From Thermoflexales bacterium (lineage in GTDB: Bacteria > Chloroflexota > Anaerolineae > B4-G1), in assembly GCA_007123205.1 (NCBI GenBank), contig SKLM01000304.1, forward strand, positions 1 through 38,621: 38,621 bases of DNA. Reading direction: 5' to 3'. The position numbers and the translations under genes were made by a program. Under the pieces are notes generated by a model that was given only the letters and a program-made list of their open reading frames with translations, was not told where the DNA came from and made no database searches. Shown piece after piece: positions 1 through 9,827 of the stretch (position 1 is its first letter; each line of letters opens with the position of its first letter).

Positions 1-42
1 GCACGCGGCTTAGCTCCGCACGCGGCTTAGCTCCGCACGCGG
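1..42. repeat. Tandem 17-bp direct repeat (2 full copies plus an 8-bp partial copy), cut by the window edge
   Basis: gcacgcggcttagctcc occurs at 1-17 and 18-34, followed by gcacgcgg at 35-42. The 11-mer tagctccgcac recurs near 38546. Confidence 0.8.
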
Positions 43-126
43 GGCAAGGGCAAGGCAGTGGACTGCAGCGGCCGGACGCCACTCCGCTCCGCTGCGTGGC
101 TAACTACGAGCAGAAGCTCCGTCCAA

Positions 127-588
127 CTATACGTCGAAGGGGAAACGCTCTAGCGCCACCCGGGCGCGTAACTCGGCCACCGCCTTTCGCGCCGCTCGGC
201 GCTCCTCCCGCCTGAGGCATAGCTCCGCGAACTCCTCCTCGTCCAGCACCTGAATGGTACCGTCCGGCTCGACCCACAGGTCGAGGGCCAGATCCTCGGC
301 CGCTACCTCATCCGCGCCGATGCGCGCCGGACGCGTGATATTGCAGTACCAACCCTTGAGACGGCCGTCGCTGGTGCGGATCTCGAATATGTTGTACCAT
401 CGGTTGGCGTAGAAGATCTCCGTCCAACGGTCATCGGGTTCCAGAACGACAAAACCGAGATCCATAGGGTCCCGGTCCCAGGAGGCATGGAGCACAATGG
501 CATCATCGCCGCGGCGCACTACCGTTGCCGGATACGAGATGACCGGCCGGCCGGCGTGGTCCAGTTTGCGGACAGTCACTTGGTCCAT
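127..588 (-). CDS. DUF402 family protein (FomD/Ntdp-like nucleoside di/triphosphatase fold)
   Basis: 153-aa ORF. The pattern ...WTEIFYANRWYNIFEI...GWYCNITRP...DLALDLWV.PDG is typical of DUF402 proteins. Confidence 0.75.
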   Translation of the reverse strand: MDQVTVRKLDHAGRPVISYPATVVRRGDDAIVLHASWDRDPMDLGFVVLEPDDRWTEIFYANRWYNIFEIRTSDGRLKGWYCNITRPARIGADEVAAEDLALDLWVEPDGTIQVLDEEEFAELCLRREERRAARKAVAELRARVALERFPFDV

Positions 589-699
589 AGGCCCCTATGG
601 TACCGCGTTTCGCAGCGATGGACAAAGCCGTATCGAAAATGGACAGCGCGTGTTGTAGACCCTGATTCCGGATAGCAGATACCGTCATAGGAGGTGACA

Positions 700-1506
700 G
701 TGGTCGAGAACGAGTTGCAGGGACGATGGGCCCTCATCCTTGGGGCATCGAGCGGCTTTGGGGCCGCGGCGGCCCGAGGGTTGGCCAGAGCAGGGATGAA
801 CATCTTCGGCGTCCACCTGGATCCGCGTTCCAGGATGGCCCGGGCAGAAGCGGTTATCAAGGACATTGAGGCCGCCGGGGCTAAGGCCGTGTTCTTCAAC
901 ACCAACGCAGCGGCCGAGCGCAAACGGGCCCGGGTGCTTGATCGCATGGAGACAGCGTTGGCGGACGACCCAGCCGGAGGTGTCCACTTCGTGCTCCATT
1001 CCCTCGCCTTCGGAAGCTTGCTGCCCTTCATCGCAGACGATCCCGAGGAGGCGATCAGCGAGTCACAGATGGAGATGACCCTGCGGGTCATGGCCCACAC
1101 CCTGGTCTACTGGGTGCAGGACATGGTGCGGCGTGATCTGCTCAGACGGGGTAGCCGGGTCTACGCTCTTTCGAGCGAGGGTGCCGAGCGCATGGCTGCC
1201 AATTACGGCGCGGTGTCGGCAGCAAAGGCAGCATTGGAGAGCCATATGCGGCAGCTGACGCTGGAGCTGGGTCCTCGAGGCATCGCCATCAACTGCCTGC
1301 GGCCCGGGGTAACGGACACCCCGGCATTGCGCGCCATTCCAGGCCACGAGGCCTACATGGAGGAGGCACTGCGCCGGAATCCGCACGGCCGGCTCACCAC
1401 GCCGGAGGACGTAGCGAGGGCGCTGGTGGCGCTGGCGAGCCCAGAGATCTCCTGGATCAGCGGAGCCGTCATCCCCGTGGATGGGGGGGAGACCGTTGTG
1501 GGGTGA
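700..1506 (+). CDS. SDR-family oxidoreductase, FabL/FabI-like (Y-x6-K spacing)
   Basis: Track ORF is 694-1506. Gly-rich NAD(P) motif ILGASSGFG; YGAVSAAK gives the Y-x6-K spacing typical of enoyl-ACP reductase-like SDRs. AGGAGG at 689-694 favours the in-frame GTG at 700 over the GTG at 694. Confidence 0.8.
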   Translation: MVENELQGRWALILGASSGFGAAAARGLARAGMNIFGVHLDPRSRMARAEAVIKDIEAAGAKAVFFNTNAAAERKRARVLDRMETALADDPAGGVHFVLHSLAFGSLLPFIADDPEEAISESQMEMTLRVMAHTLVYWVQDMVRRDLLRRGSRVYALSSEGAERMAANYGAVSAAKAALESHMRQLTLELGPRGIAINCLRPGVTDTPALRAIPGHEAYMEEALRRNPHGRLTTPEDVARALVALASPEISWISGAVIPVDGGETVVG

Positions 1507-1507
1507 T

Positions 1508-1535
1508 TTGACATTCCCCTCTGGCATGATAGAAT
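1508..1535 (+). promoter_or_regulatory. Sigma-70-type promoter upstream of rpsA
   Basis: TTGACA (1508-1513), 16-nt spacer, TGaTAGAAT extended -10 (TAGAAT at 1530-1535). This leaves a leader of about 190 nt before rpsA. Confidence 0.6.
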
Positions 1536-1733
1536 AAGCGGTCGAATCGAAAGCCTTCGCCCTGGCGAACCGGCATTAACATCCTTCGGAGGTGCGCGTA
1601 GTCGAGCGATTCCACTCAGCATCCGTCGATGTCCGTGGCTATTGAACCCGACATGGTCTGCGCGCCCAGAGGATGCAGACGTGTCGGGTTTTGTGCGGAG
1701 GTTACGCAAGTTATATAGGAGTTATATCAGTTG

Positions 1734-3620
1734 ATGAATAAGGATACCCTACCAACCAAACAGGACTCAAAGGGTGAGGACGAACTCGGCATCAGCCTGA
1801 TGGAGGAGCTAGAGGATGAGTCCGGTGCTACCTTCATGGAGGAGTTCGAGGACGAATCCGCCGCCAGCTTGATGGATCAGCTGGAGGAGTACCTCAGCGA
1901 GGGTGAGTATGACTACGAGCCACCAAAGCGGGGCGATATCCACGATGGCGTGGTCATCGAGATCAGCGACCGCGGGGCCATCGTAGACGCCGGGTTCAAG
2001 CGCGACGGTATCGTCCCTGTGAGCGATCTGGATCGGCTCGACCCCGAGACGCGGAAGAGCATCAGGCCGGGTGATGAGATCGCCGTGGCCGTCCAGACAC
2101 CTCAGGACGAGGAGGGGCGTCTCCTGCTCTCCATCTACCAGGCCCTGGTGCGCGAGGACTGGGAGAAAGCCGAGGAGATGATGGCCAAGGGCGAGCTCTA
2201 CGAGGGCGAGATATCAGGCCACAATCGTGGAGGTCTCCTGGTTCCCTTCGGAAGGATTCGCGGCTTCATCCCTGCATCCCACACCGTGGGAATGCCCAGG
2301 GGCCTGCAGGGAGACGAGCGCCGTGATCGCCTGGCCGATATGGTGGGGGATAAGGTAGGGCTGAAGATCATTGAGGTAGACCGCCATCGCCGTCGCCTGA
2401 TTCTCTCTCAGCGACAGGCGCGTCGGGCATGGCAGAGAATCCAGCGCAAGCGAGTCATGGAGGAGCTGACGGAGGGCGAGACGGCCAGGGGCACCGTGAC
2501 AGGTATCACGGACTTCGGGGCCTTCGTGGACCTCGGCGGGGCCGATGGGTTGATCCACATCTCGGAGTTGTCGTGGAGCCAGGTCGACGACCCCCGCGAG
2601 GCGGTCGAGGTGGGAGACGAGGTAGAGGTCTACGTGCTCAGTCTGGATTGGGACCGGACGCGCATCGCCCTCAGCCTCAAGCGGCTTAAGCCGAATCCCT
2701 GGTCCCAAGTAGCCGGCCACTACGAGGTCGGTCAACTGGCTGAGGGTAAGGTGAGCCGCGTGCTCGACTTTGGTGCTTTCGTCGAGCTGGGACTGGGCGT
2801 GGAGGGACTGCTTCACATCAGCGAGATGACCGGTGCGTCGCAGCTGAGCCCCACGGAGATCCTGGAGCCGGGACAGAAGGTGTTGGTGAAGATCATCGGC
2901 ATGGACACGCACAAGCAGCGCATCACCTTAAGTGCCCGGCAAGTCCAGCGAGAGCAGTGGGAGAGCTGGATGGCGGAGCACAGGATGGCGCAGGAAGAGG
3001 AGGCTGTCGAAGAACCGGCGGAGGCTCGCGAGGCTGAGGAGACAGTCACCCTTGAGGAGGTTGAAGAGGTAACCCCCGAGGCTCAGGCACTCGTCGAGGA
3101 GGCCCCGGTGGAGGCGGAGGAGACTACCGCCCCCGAGGACCTCGAAGAGGCAGCCGCCGACACCGAGCCGGTCGCCGAGGAGGCCCTTAACGAGGCGGAG
3201 GAGACCACCGCCCCCGAGGACCTCGAAGAGGTAGCCGCCGACACCGAGCCGGTCGCCGAGGAGGCCCTTGACGAGGCGGAGGAGACCACCGCCCCCGAGG
3301 ACCTCGACGAGGCAGCCGCCGACACCGAGCCGGTCGCCGAGGAGGCCCTTGACGAGGCGGAGGAGACTACCGCCCCCGAGGACCTCGAAGAGGCAGCCGC
3401 CGACACCGAGCCGGTCGCCGAGGAGGCCCTTGACGAGGCGGAGGAGACCACCGCCCCCGAGGACCTCGAAGAGGCAGCCGCCGACACCGAGCCGGTCGCC
3501 GAGGAGGCCCCAATGGAGGCAGAGGAGACCACCGCCCCCGAGGACCTCGAGGAGACAGCCGCCGAGGCCGAGCCGGTCGCCGAGGAGGCCCCGGTGGAGG
3601 CGGAGGAAACAGCAGGCTAG
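1734..3620 (+). CDS. rpsA: 30S ribosomal protein S1 with four S1 domains and a long acidic repeat tail
   Basis: Four S1/OB repeats: [98 protein letters not shown]. The ATG at 1734 follows an in-frame TTG at 1731. Confidence 0.93.
   Translation: MNKDTLPTKQDSKGEDELGISLMEELEDESGATFMEEFEDESAASLMDQLEEYLSEGEYDYEPPKRGDIHDGVVIEISDRGAIVDAGFKRDGIVPVSDLDRLDPETRKSIRPGDEIAVAVQTPQDEEGRLLLSIYQALVREDWEKAEEMMAKGELYEGEISGHNRGGLLVPFGRIRGFIPASHTVGMPRGLQGDERRDRLADMVGDKVGLKIIEVDRHRRRLILSQRQARRAWQRIQRKRVMEELTEGETARGTVTGITDFGAFVDLGGADGLIHISELSWSQVDDPREAVEVGDEVEVYVLSLDWDRTRIALSLKRLKPNPWSQVAGHYEVGQLAEGKVSRVLDFGAFVELGLGVEGLLHISEMTGASQLSPTEILEPGQKVLVKIIGMDTHKQRITLSARQVQREQWESWMAEHRMAQEEEAVEEPAEAREAEETVTLEEVEEVTPEAQALVEEAPVEAEETTAPEDLEEAAADTEPVAEEALNEAEETTAPEDLEEVAADTEPVAEEALDEAEETTAPEDLDEAAADTEPVAEEALDEAEETTAPEDLEEAAADTEPVAEEALDEAEETTAPEDLEEAAADTEPVAEEAPMEAEETTAPEDLEETAAEAEPVAEEAPVEAEETAG
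3096..3611 (+). repeat. 81-bp (27-codon) tandem repeat, about 6.4 copies, inside the rpsA 3' end
   Basis: The period was measured directly: gagac at 3120 and again at 3201. The unit encodes EEAL(D/N)[11 protein letters not shown](E/D)E(A/V)AADTEPVA. Internal copies are nearly identical at the DNA level. Confidence 0.95.
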
Positions 3621-3632
3621 CCGACGGAAGTT

Positions 3633-3661
3633 AATGTCGCCTCCGGTCTGGAGGCGACATT
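3633..3661 (+). terminator. Perfect 12-bp hairpin 13 nt after the rpsA stop
   Basis: aatgtcgcctcc / ggtct / ggaggcgacatt. There is only a weak T tail (ttctcct), so this may be a terminator or an RNA-stability hairpin. Confidence 0.6.
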
Positions 3662-3700
3662 CTCCTGTGGCTCCGGTCTATTGGCAGGCGATCGGGGCAG

Positions 3701-3751
3701 GAGAAGAAGCAGCAGCAGCAGCAGAAGAAGAAGAAGAAGAAGAAGAAGAAG
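3701..3751 (+). repeat. Trinucleotide microsatellite (AAG)2(CAG)5(AAG)9 ending 5 nt before the infA ATG
   Basis: Direct reading of gagaagaag-cagcagcagcagcag-aagaagaagaagaagaagaagaagaag, followed by ggaatATG. Confidence 0.95.
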
Positions 3752-3756
3752 GGAAT

Positions 3757-4002
3757 ATGGGAAAAGAAGAGAAGCTCTATATGGAGGGCACTGTCACCGA
3801 GGCGCTGCCAAACACGCAGTTCCAGGTGGAGTTAGATAACGGCCACGAGATGCTGGCGTATCTCTCCGGAAAGATGCGGCGCTACTATATCCGCGTGCTG
3901 CTCGGCGACCGCGTGCGCGTCGAGTTGTCACCCTATGACCTTACCCGGGGGCGGATCGTCTACCGGTACAAGGCCTCCGATCAGGAGCAACAGTCAGGCT
4001 GA
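3757..4002 (+). CDS. infA: Translation initiation factor IF-1
   Basis: 81 aa. [72 protein letters not shown] is a canonical IF-1 S1-fold sequence. It lies in frame inside track ORF 3268-4002. Confidence 0.95.
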   Translation: MGKEEKLYMEGTVTEALPNTQFQVELDNGHEMLAYLSGKMRRYYIRVLLGDRVRVELSPYDLTRGRIVYRYKASDQEQQSG

Positions 4003-4004
4003 AT

Positions 4005-4877
4005 TTAGGGCCGCTTCGCCAGCAGGGTGACCCAATCGTCTTGCTGGCGTTGGTCAAGAATCTCCAGGCCCTTGCTCTTGAACGCTGCAATCACCTCCGG
4101 CGTCCTATCGCTCGTGATTCCAGCACCGACGAAGAAAGCGCCGCGACGCATCCGCTCACAGAGCCCCTGCTCCACCAGTTCGACGATCACCTTGGCCAGG
4201 ATGTTGACCACTAACAGGTCATAGGTTCCGGCCACATCGGACAACGACCCCCGCTTAATCCGCACCGTCCCCTGAACACCGTTGCCGATCACGTTACTGC
4301 GAGCCACTCGCGCGGCTTGCGGGTCGCTATCCACAGCCAGGACATCCCGCGCCCCCAGTTTGGCGGCCGCGATGGCCAGGATGCCCGAGCCCGTACCCAG
4401 GTCCACCACCTCCATCCCTGGCCGAACCAATTCCTCCAGGGCAACCAGACACATCTGAGTGGTTGGATGCAACCCGGTGCCGAACGCCATCCCCGGGTCT
4501 AGGCGGATAACGACGTCCCCCGCCTCGTGCTCATAGTCCAACCACGATGGTTGGATGACGATGTGCGCTCCCACACGAAGCACTCTGAGCCGTTTCTTCC
4601 AGGCCTCGGTCCAGTCCTCCTCGGCCACAGATCGGAACGAAGGCTCAGGGATTCTAACGATCTGTCCCAGGTGCCAGAGCCCCTCCTGGATCTGCTTCCT
4701 CCTAGCCCACCGCTCATCATCGTCGGGCAGATAGGCTCTGACGACCACGGGACCGGCATGCCAACCGTCCGGTCCAGCCTCTATGGCAACTCCGCGTTCG
4801 ACATACCGCGAGAGGACCTCCGCGACCGCCTCTGCCGCTTCGGCATCGACTTCCACACTGACCTCAAGCCATCTCAT
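4005..4877 (-). CDS. prmA: Ribosomal protein L11 methyltransferase
   Basis: 290 aa. N-terminal MRWLEVSVEVDAEAAEAV..., SAM motif VVDLGTGSGILAIAAAKLGA, and a position downstream of dnaJ as in Firmicutes. Confidence 0.88.
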   Translation of the reverse strand: MRWLEVSVEVDAEAAEAVAEVLSRYVERGVAIEAGPDGWHAGPVVVRAYLPDDDERWARRKQIQEGLWHLGQIVRIPEPSFRSVAEEDWTEAWKKRLRVLRVGAHIVIQPSWLDYEHEAGDVVIRLDPGMAFGTGLHPTTQMCLVALEELVRPGMEVVDLGTGSGILAIAAAKLGARDVLAVDSDPQAARVARSNVIGNGVQGTVRIKRGSLSDVAGTYDLLVVNILAKVIVELVEQGLCERMRRGAFFVGAGITSDRTPEVIAAFKSKGLEILDQRQQDDWVTLLAKRP

Positions 4878-5000
4878 GCCTGCTGTATTCCTGTCAGTAA
4901 ACGTTAACGGCGGCGACGAACGCCCCCCGCAGCGAGCGAACGTCTTGCACCGCGCAGCTCAGACAACCAGTATCCAGCATGTCGGACTCCGGTTTCAGGC

Positions 5001-6125
5001 TTACAATCCAAGAAACTCCCGAACGTCATCCATGAAGCTTCGTCTCTCCTCAATGACAGTCTCCGGTTCCAACGTCTCACCCAACTTCAAGAACAGTTCT
5101 CTCTGTTCGCGGGAGAGCTTCTTCGGGACGCTGACCCGGAGTAGCAGCAGCTGATCGCCGCGGCCGTTCCGCTTCACGTGGGGCACGCCCCTGTTCGGCA
5201 TACGCAACACCGTATCGGTCTGAGTCCCCGGCTCGACGCTGATCTCCTCCTCCCCTTCCAGGGTCGGGACGCAAATCCGGCCGCCCAGGGCGGCCTGCGA
5301 GATGTTGATCTCCACCTCGACGAGAATGTCGTCATTGCGTCGGCGGAAGATGGGATGGGAGTCGACCTCGAGCGCGATGTACAGGTTACCGCGCGGTCCT
5401 CCGTGGATCCCCGCCTCCCCCTCGCCGGCCAGCCGGATTCGGGTCCCGTCGTCCACCCCCGGGGGGATGCTGACGGAGAGCTCCCGCCTGACGCGCACGT
5501 GTCCCTCTCCATTGCAGCGGGGGCAGTGCTCAGTGATCACCGTGCCCTCACCGCGACACGTCGGGCAGTCGGTGACACTGACGAAGGAGCCCAGAATGGA
5601 TCGCTGTACCTGTCTCACTTGCCCCTGGCCGTTGCATTGGGTGCATCGAGAGGGTGATGTTCCTTTCTCGGCCCCGGTGCCCTCACACTCAGGGCAAGCT
5701 TCACGACGGGTGACCTCGATATCCTTCTCGCACCCGAAGGCCGCCTCCTCAAAGGTCAGATGAAGATCATAGCGCAGATCGGCCCCACGTCGCGGGCCTC
5801 TTCGACGCCCAGTGGCGAAACCGAACCCCTGACCGAAGAACTCCTCGAACATCTCGAAAGGATCTCTGAATCCACCGAAGTCGAAGCCGCCGCGGGCCCC
5901 TTCGACGCCCGCGTGGCCAAAGCGATCGTAGGAGCTTCGCTTCTGAGGGTCGGAGAGAACCTGATAGGCCTCGTTAACCTCTTTGAAGCGAGTCTCAGCA
6001 TCGGGCTCATCGCACACATCTGGATGGCAGGCCCGTGCCCGCTCGCGATAGGCCTTCTTGATATCTCCCTGCGAGGCCGACCGCTCGACCCCCAGCACGT
6101 CATAATAGTCGCGTCTAGATCCCAT
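5001..6125 (-). CDS. dnaJ: Molecular chaperone DnaJ
   Basis: J domain (DYYDVLGV...HPD), G/F region, and four CxxCxGxG zinc motifs (CPECEGTG, CTQCNGQG, CPTCRGEG, CPRCNGEG). Confidence 0.97.
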   Translation of the reverse strand: MGSRRDYYDVLGVERSASQGDIKKAYRERARACHPDVCDEPDAETRFKEVNEAYQVLSDPQKRSSYDRFGHAGVEGARGGFDFGGFRDPFEMFEEFFGQGFGFATGRRRGPRRGADLRYDLHLTFEEAAFGCEKDIEVTRREACPECEGTGAEKGTSPSRCTQCNGQGQVRQVQRSILGSFVSVTDCPTCRGEGTVITEHCPRCNGEGHVRVRRELSVSIPPGVDDGTRIRLAGEGEAGIHGGPRGNLYIALEVDSHPIFRRRNDDILVEVEINISQAALGGRICVPTLEGEEEISVEPGTQTDTVLRMPNRGVPHVKRNGRGDQLLLLRVSVPKKLSREQRELFLKLGETLEPETVIEERRSFMDDVREFLGL

Positions 6126-6147
6126 GACAACCCTCTCGGAACACTCG

Positions 6148-8073
6148 CTAGATCTCGCCGAAATCCCCCTCGATCACATCCTCTTCCTCATCAAGCGGTC
6201 CATCGTCCGCCCCCATATCCTGGGACGCGGGCGCCGCTCCGGCGCCGGGTTCGAAGCCAGGACCGGCTTCGCTCTCGTACATCTCGGCCCCGATCTGCTG
6301 CACCGCCTGTCTTAGCTCGTCCACGCGACGACGAATGCCACCGATGTCATCGCCATCCAGCACACCCTGCAGAGCCTCAATCCTGGCCTCCACGTCAGCA
6401 CGAGTATCCGCCGGGATCCGGTCACCCTGCTCGCGCAGGAGCTTCTCCGCGCTGTAGATGGCGGTGTCAGCCTGGTTACGTGCTTCCACCCGCTCCTTCT
6501 TCTCTCGATCCTTCTGGCGGTGTCTCTCTGCCTCCTGGACCATGGAGTCGATGGCATCGTCGGATAGCCCGCTCGACGATATGATCTCCATGGACTGCTC
6601 ACGCCCGGTGGCCCTGTCCTGAGCGGAGACCTGGAGAATCCCATTGGCATCGATGTCGAAAGTCACCTCGATCTGGGGTACGCCCCGAGGCGCCGGCGGA
6701 ATGCCGTCCAGGATGAACTTGCCGAGACTCTTGTTGTCGGCCGCCATCGCGCGCTCGCCCTGAAGCACGTGGATTTCGACCTGGGTCTGACCATCGGAAG
6801 CCGTGGAGAAGGTCTGGCTCTTCCGCGTCGGAATCGTGGTGTTCCGCTCGATGAGCGAAGTCGCGACTCCTCCAAGAGTCTCGATACTGAGCGTCAAAGG
6901 TGTCACATCCAGCAACAGGATGTCCTTCACCTCCCCGCCCAGCACCCCGCCCTGAATCGCCGCCCCCAGCGCCACAACTTCGTCCGCGTTGACCCCCTTG
7001 TGAGGCTCTCTGCCGAAAAAATCCGCCACCAGCTCCTGAATGGCCGGCATGCGCGTCTGACCACCGACCAGAATCACCTCGCTAACGTCAGAGGCGTCGA
7101 GGTCAGCGTCGGCAAGAGCCTGTCTACAGGGCTGGAGTGTAGCCTCGATCAAGTCCTCCGTCAGTTGCTCCAACTTAGCCCGTGTCAGTTTCGTCTGCAG
7201 ATGCCGGGGGCCCGAGGCGTCAGCTGTGATGAAGGGCAGGTTGATCTCTGCCTCCAGCACGGTACTCAACTCGACCTTCGTCTTCTCAGCCTCCTCCTTG
7301 AGCCGCTGGAGCGCCTGGCGATCATGCCGCAGATCGATGCCCGTGTCCTTCTTGAACTCGTCGGCGACCCAGTCGATGATGCGCCGGTCCCAGTCATCGC
7401 CGCCCAAGAACGTGTCCCCGCTGGTCGAACGGACCTCGAACACGCCCTCACCGACATCGAGGATCGACACATCAAAGGTCCCGCCCCCGAGGTCGAAGAC
7501 AACGATGGTCTCGTCCTTGTACTTGTCCAGCCCGTACGCTAGCGAAGAGGCGGTCGGCTCGTTGATGATGCGAAGCACGTCGAGTCCCGCGATCTTCCCG
7601 GCATCCTTCGTCGCCTGTCGTTGATTATCGTTGAAATAAGCGGGCACGGTGATCACCACCTGTTTGATCTCCTCGCCAAGATACGCCTCAGCATCGGATC
7701 GGATCTTCTGGAGGATCATCGCCGAGATTTCCGGGGGGCTGTACTCTTTGCCCCCCATCCAGACTCGCACGTCACCGTTCGCGGCCTCGCTCACCCTGTA
7801 GGGGACCAACTCGATGGCCTTCTGGACGTGCTCGTCATGGAACTTGCGTCCCATGAAGCGCTTAATGGAGAAGATGGTGTTCTCCGGATTGACGACAGCC
7901 TGTCGCTTGGCCACCTGGCCGATAATCCGCTCATCAGTCCTGGGGCTGACGGCTACCACAGAGGGAAACAGCCGACCTCCTTCGACACTGGGGATCAGAG
8001 TTGGCTCGCCACCCATCATCGCCGCACAGACCGAGTTGGTCGTGCCAAGATCAATGCCGATGATCTTACTCAT
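6148..8073 (-). CDS. dnaK: Molecular chaperone DnaK (Hsp70)
   Basis: 641 aa. Contains [21 protein letters not shown] and [11 protein letters not shown]. Confidence 0.98.
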   Translation of the reverse strand: MSKIIGIDLGTTNSVCAAMMGGEPTLIPSVEGGRLFPSVVAVSPRTDERIIGQVAKRQAVVNPENTIFSIKRFMGRKFHDEHVQKAIELVPYRVSEAANGDVRVWMGGKEYSPPEISAMILQKIRSDAEAYLGEEIKQVVITVPAYFNDNQRQATKDAGKIAGLDVLRIINEPTASSLAYGLDKYKDETIVVFDLGGGTFDVSILDVGEGVFEVRSTSGDTFLGGDDWDRRIIDWVADEFKKDTGIDLRHDRQALQRLKEEAEKTKVELSTVLEAEINLPFITADASGPRHLQTKLTRAKLEQLTEDLIEATLQPCRQALADADLDASDVSEVILVGGQTRMPAIQELVADFFGREPHKGVNADEVVALGAAIQGGVLGGEVKDILLLDVTPLTLSIETLGGVATSLIERNTTIPTRKSQTFSTASDGQTQVEIHVLQGERAMAADNKSLGKFILDGIPPAPRGVPQIEVTFDIDANGILQVSAQDRATGREQSMEIISSSGLSDDAIDSMVQEAERHRQKDREKKERVEARNQADTAIYSAEKLLREQGDRIPADTRADVEARIEALQGVLDGDDIGGIRRRVDELRQAVQQIGAEMYESEAGPGFEPGAGAAPASQDMGADDGPLDEEEDVIEGDFGEI

Positions 8074-8677
8074 CGTTCACTGTGCCTTCCGCGCCCCCCC
8101 TCTGCTCCGTTTCATCGGGTGCGCTCGTCGGTGCTTTGGCTACACGCACCAAGGCAGGCCGGATGACCCGCTCGTGGAGGATGTACCCCTTCTGGATCTC
8201 TCCGATAATCTCCCCGTCCTCGTACCCCTCGAGCTCTTCGTGAGTCACTGCTTCATGATAATGGGGATCGAACATCCTGCCCTGGGTCTCGATGGGTTCG
8301 ACTCCCTCCGCTTCCAGGACCAACTCGAGCTTACGCTTAACCATCAAGATACCCTCGCTCCAACTGAGCTGGTGGAGGGGCGCCGGCATGGTAGCCATAG
8401 CCCGGTCGAGATCGTCCAAGATCGGTAGCAGTTTTCGTGTCAAGCTCGCGTTGGAGAGCTCCTGGGTCCTCTTCTGCTCCGCCCGCTGGCGCTTCTTGTA
8501 ATTGGAGAATTCGGCCTGAGCCCGCCGCCATCCATCAAGGTACTCCTCAGCCTCGGCCCGCGCTGCCTGCAGTTCCTCTTGGAGGGACGCAGCATCGGCT
8601 ACCCCTGCAGATCCCTCGTCCTGAGTGGTATCGACCTCTCCGGCGGCTTCGTTCTCTATGGCTTCGTTATCCGTCAT
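8066..8677 (-). CDS. grpE: Nucleotide exchange factor GrpE
   Basis: Start chosen at [10 protein letters not shown] (ATG 8675-8677) with a GGAG 6-7 nt upstream. The GrpE core is [18 protein letters not shown] ... [12 protein letters not shown]. The stop overlaps the dnaK start by 8 nt. Confidence 0.9.
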   Translation of the reverse strand: MTDNEAIENEAAGEVDTTQDEGSAGVADAASLQEELQAARAEAEEYLDGWRRAQAEFSNYKKRQRAEQKRTQELSNASLTRKLLPILDDLDRAMATMPAPLHQLSWSEGILMVKRKLELVLEAEGVEPIETQGRMFDPHYHEAVTHEELEGYEDGEIIGEIQKGYILHERVIRPALVRVAKAPTSAPDETEQRGGAEGTVNDE

Positions 8678-9767
8678 ATCGATCTCCTCGTGAGTCTGAT
8701 TCGGTTTCACCGCTACTGTATTCGTGGGAGGGTTCCTCCACGTACGCCTCGTGCACCAGATCAGACAGCAACTCCGCCACGAAGCGTACTGCGGAGATGG
8801 CACGGCCGTAGAACATCCGCGTCGGACCCACAACGCCGAGGGCTCCTGTGGAAAAATCAGCCACGCCATACCGTGTCAGCACCAGGCTGCACGTGCGCAG
8901 CTGCTCCCACTGCCCCTCGCCGCCCACCAGCACCCGAACGTGGCCTACCTCCGGGCTAAGGGCCTCCTCTATGACCCGCCTCAGGAAGCTGCGCTCCTCC
9001 ATAACCTGTACGAGCTCGTGAGCCTTTTCGCCCTCGGAGAACTCAGGCTGCTGCAGCATCTCGCTCAGTCCATCGCTGTAGATGACACCGCTGGCGCGCG
9101 CATCAACCTGACGCATCATGTCGGCCACAAGCCCGGCTATCTCCCCGTCCAATCCCGGAAGCGCATCCACATCTGCCCCGATATCCTCGGCCGTAAGGCC
9201 GAAGCACACGCGGTTCAAGCGATTGCTGGTCTCCGTCAGCTCATCCTGTGTCATCGGATCGGCCAGCGTCAGCATCCGCTGCCTGACCATCCCTCCGTGC
9301 AGGACCAGCACCAACAGCACACCCGTTCCCTGCGTCGAGATGAGTTGCAGGTGCTTGTACTGGGCCCGCCGCGAGTGGGGAGCCGTCACCAGGGCCGCTC
9401 CCCGCGCTGTACGTGCCAGCGTGGAGGCAGCCAGCGGCATCCACTGCTCCAGGTTCTGACGCGCCTGGTGAAACTGGTGGACAATGGTCAGACGTTCTCG
9501 GAGCGGCAGCTCCACCTCGCCCAGAAGGCGCTCCACGAAGTAACGGTACCCCTCGTGGGTGGGCACACGACCGGCGGAGGTGTGAGGGTGGGTGAGGTGC
9601 CCGGTCTCCTCCAGGTACGCTAACTCGCTGCGCACGGTGGCAGAGCTGACGGGTAACTCGTAGCGCTCGACCAGGGCCCGCGAGCTGACGGGTGACGCGG
9701 TCTTCACGTATTCCCGCACGGTCAGCCCCAGTATGGTCTGCTGGCGGGGAGTAAGCTCTTGATTCAT
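8667..9767 (-). CDS. hrcA: Heat-inducible transcription repressor HrcA
   Basis: LTPRQQTILGLTVREYVKTASPVSSRAL...TVRSELAYLEETGHLTHPHTSAGRVPT. The ATG at 9765-9767 is preferred because the upstream GTG (9792-9794) lies inside the CIRCE operator. Confidence 0.92.
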   Translation of the reverse strand: MNQELTPRQQTILGLTVREYVKTASPVSSRALVERYELPVSSATVRSELAYLEETGHLTHPHTSAGRVPTHEGYRYFVERLLGEVELPLRERLTIVHQFHQARQNLEQWMPLAASTLARTARGAALVTAPHSRRAQYKHLQLISTQGTGVLLVLVLHGGMVRQRMLTLADPMTQDELTETSNRLNRVCFGLTAEDIGADVDALPGLDGEIAGLVADMMRQVDARASGVIYSDGLSEMLQQPEFSEGEKAHELVQVMEERSFLRRVIEEALSPEVGHVRVLVGGEGQWEQLRTCSLVLTRYGVADFSTGALGVVGPTRMFYGRAISAVRFVAELLSDLVHEAYVEEPSHEYSSGETESDSRGDRYDG

Positions 9768-9787
9768 AGGTATGACCAGCGGCTCGG

Positions 9788-9814
9788 TTAGCACTCGACA
9801 TAGAAGAGTGCCAA
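9788..9814 (-). promoter_or_regulatory. CIRCE operator (HrcA binding site)
   Basis: TTAGCACTC-N9-GAGTGCCAA, 17/18 matches to the TTAGCACTC-N9-GAGTGCTAA consensus. It lies between the -10 element and the hrcA start. Confidence 0.9.
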
Positions 9815-9827
9815 GAATTGACCGCTA

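Noticed and set aside
3096-3611. Regularly spaced 81-bp repeats that might suggest a CRISPR array
   Set aside because: The repeats are contiguous with no spacers, in frame, and part of the rpsA ORF.
3268-4002. 244-aa ORF suggesting a long Pro/Arg-rich protein fused to IF-1
   Set aside because: The first 350 nt are an alternative frame of the rpsA repeat, and the ORF runs through the rpsA hairpin. Only 3757-4002 matches IF-1. The in-frame GTG at 3667 has no RBS and sits directly after the hairpin.
8678-8869. N-terminal extension of GrpE (track ORF 8066-8869), and the GTG start of hrcA at 9794
   Set aside because: The GrpE extension overlaps the hrcA 3' end in another frame and is rich in Trp, Cys and Arg. 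MTDNE has a GGAG upstream. The hrcA GTG lies inside the CIRCE operator, so the ATG at 9767 is preferred.
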